Shown piece after piece: positions 63,247-64,000 of a DNA stretch of 64,000 nucleotides. A program made the position numbers and the translations under genes. The stretch's first letter is position 1. Each line of letters starts with the position of its first letter. Under the pieces are notes generated by a model, which had not been told where the DNA came from, ran no database searches, and saw only the letters and a program-made list of their open reading frames with translations. Origin of the DNA: Podarcis gaigeae (Eukaryota); assembly GCA_964106915.2 (NCBI GenBank), contig OZ066917.1; one strand, 5' to 3'.

Positions 63247-64000
63247 ATGATATATTAGGCTTTTTGTTGATGTTAATTATAGCATAATGCTAATTTTTTT
63301 AAAAATACAGACAATAACCTATAAATCTCATTAAGTAACCCAGCTAACAGAGTTGTACGGTGAAGAATAATCTAGTTGCCTGTATGCTGCTAAACCAAAA
63401 CAGAATTAGAACTTCATTTTTGAGAGCAAACACAGTTAAGATCCTACCTAAGCTTATTCAAATGGAAAAGGACAGCAGGCTTGTAAGGCTTCTAGCATTC
63501 GCAGGACCCAGGAGGACTGGATTCATTCTGTCCAAATTTCAGGAACATTTCTTACTGCTTACCTCATTTCTGTTTGTGGCATCTCTGTGTCTCTGAACCA
63601 AGCAAGATTATTGAGTTAGTGGTTGTTGGTTATACTATGTGTTGTTCACTGAGAAGCGTCAGCGTGTATTGCAAAATATTAAGTATTTGTATGTACTAAA
63701 AGGCTAAATGCTGATAAGCGGGTTCACGTGCCAACAGAGATGCTTTATTTGTCACATTGTTATAACTATCTATAGAAAGCAAAACAAATCAGACTTGTAT
63801 CTTTTAAAAATAATAATATTGTACTTATTGGCATCACTGGTCTGAAATGCACATGTTCACCAGCAGACCTGTAACAGATAAGTTTCCAGCAAAAGAAAGA
63901 AGAATAAAGACCTCCCCTAAAAGTCTAGAAATAAATTTGTAAAAAAACAAAAACCCACCCACCCAAAAAAGTGTGGCACTCACTGTAACAACTTCATGGT

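Larger units (their letters stand above)
62642..63965 (+). other. Probable L1-mediated retroposed insert (3'UTR-like retrocopy or transduction), later interrupted by the Penelope element
   Basis: 16-bp direct repeat AAAAAGTGT(A/G)GCACTC at 62626-62641 and 63966-63981, beginning at a TT/AAAAA site. AATAAA near 63903 and 63929 is followed by an A-rich tail. Confidence 0.65.
62564..64000. mobile_element. hAT-like MITE split by the retroposed insert (left part 62564-62641; right part from 63966, running off the window)
   Basis: Starts CAGTGCTTTTCCCCAGGGGGTACTCAAGGGTATGCAGTAC. After the duplicated 16-mer it resumes with ACTGTAACAACTTCATGGT. The right TIR lies outside the window. Confidence 0.55.

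Noticed and set aside
1220-63596. The many 60-200 aa ORFs in the supplied track as host genes
   Set aside because: None resembles a cellular protein. The longer ones fall in Bov-B, L1, L2, CR1, SINE or GC-rich MITE sequence, or on their antisense strands. The real coding exons are too short for the track.

Overview
AT-rich vertebrate genomic DNA from a squamate, most likely a lacertid lizard, judged by the many Sauria SINE copies plus Bov-B, CR1, L2, L1 and Penelope fragments. The window is almost all intron of one plus-strand gene, LMO7. Three short exons (37862-37932, 41708-41777, 56994-57100) splice in frame to encode most of its calponin-homology domain. I could not find the first coding exon, which is probably upstream of the window. 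The ORF track missed these exons, and nearly all of its ORFs are chance frames or transposon fragments. The introns hold many nested mobile elements whose ends and target-site duplications (TSDs) can be read directly. The most interesting signals are: (i) two identical 38-nt minimal hammerhead ribozyme motifs in Penelope-like elements, one sense to the LMO7 pre-mRNA (63157-63194) and one antisense in a ~98-bp ribozyme-plus-tail insert (11862-11899); (ii) a probable L1-mobilised retrocopy of an unidentified 3'UTR-like sequence (62642-63965) that splits a hAT-like MITE and contains the sense ribozyme; (iii) several three- to four-layer nests, and inverted SINE pairs around the CH-domain exons. 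Repeat family names come from recognising consensus motifs by eye, not from a database search.
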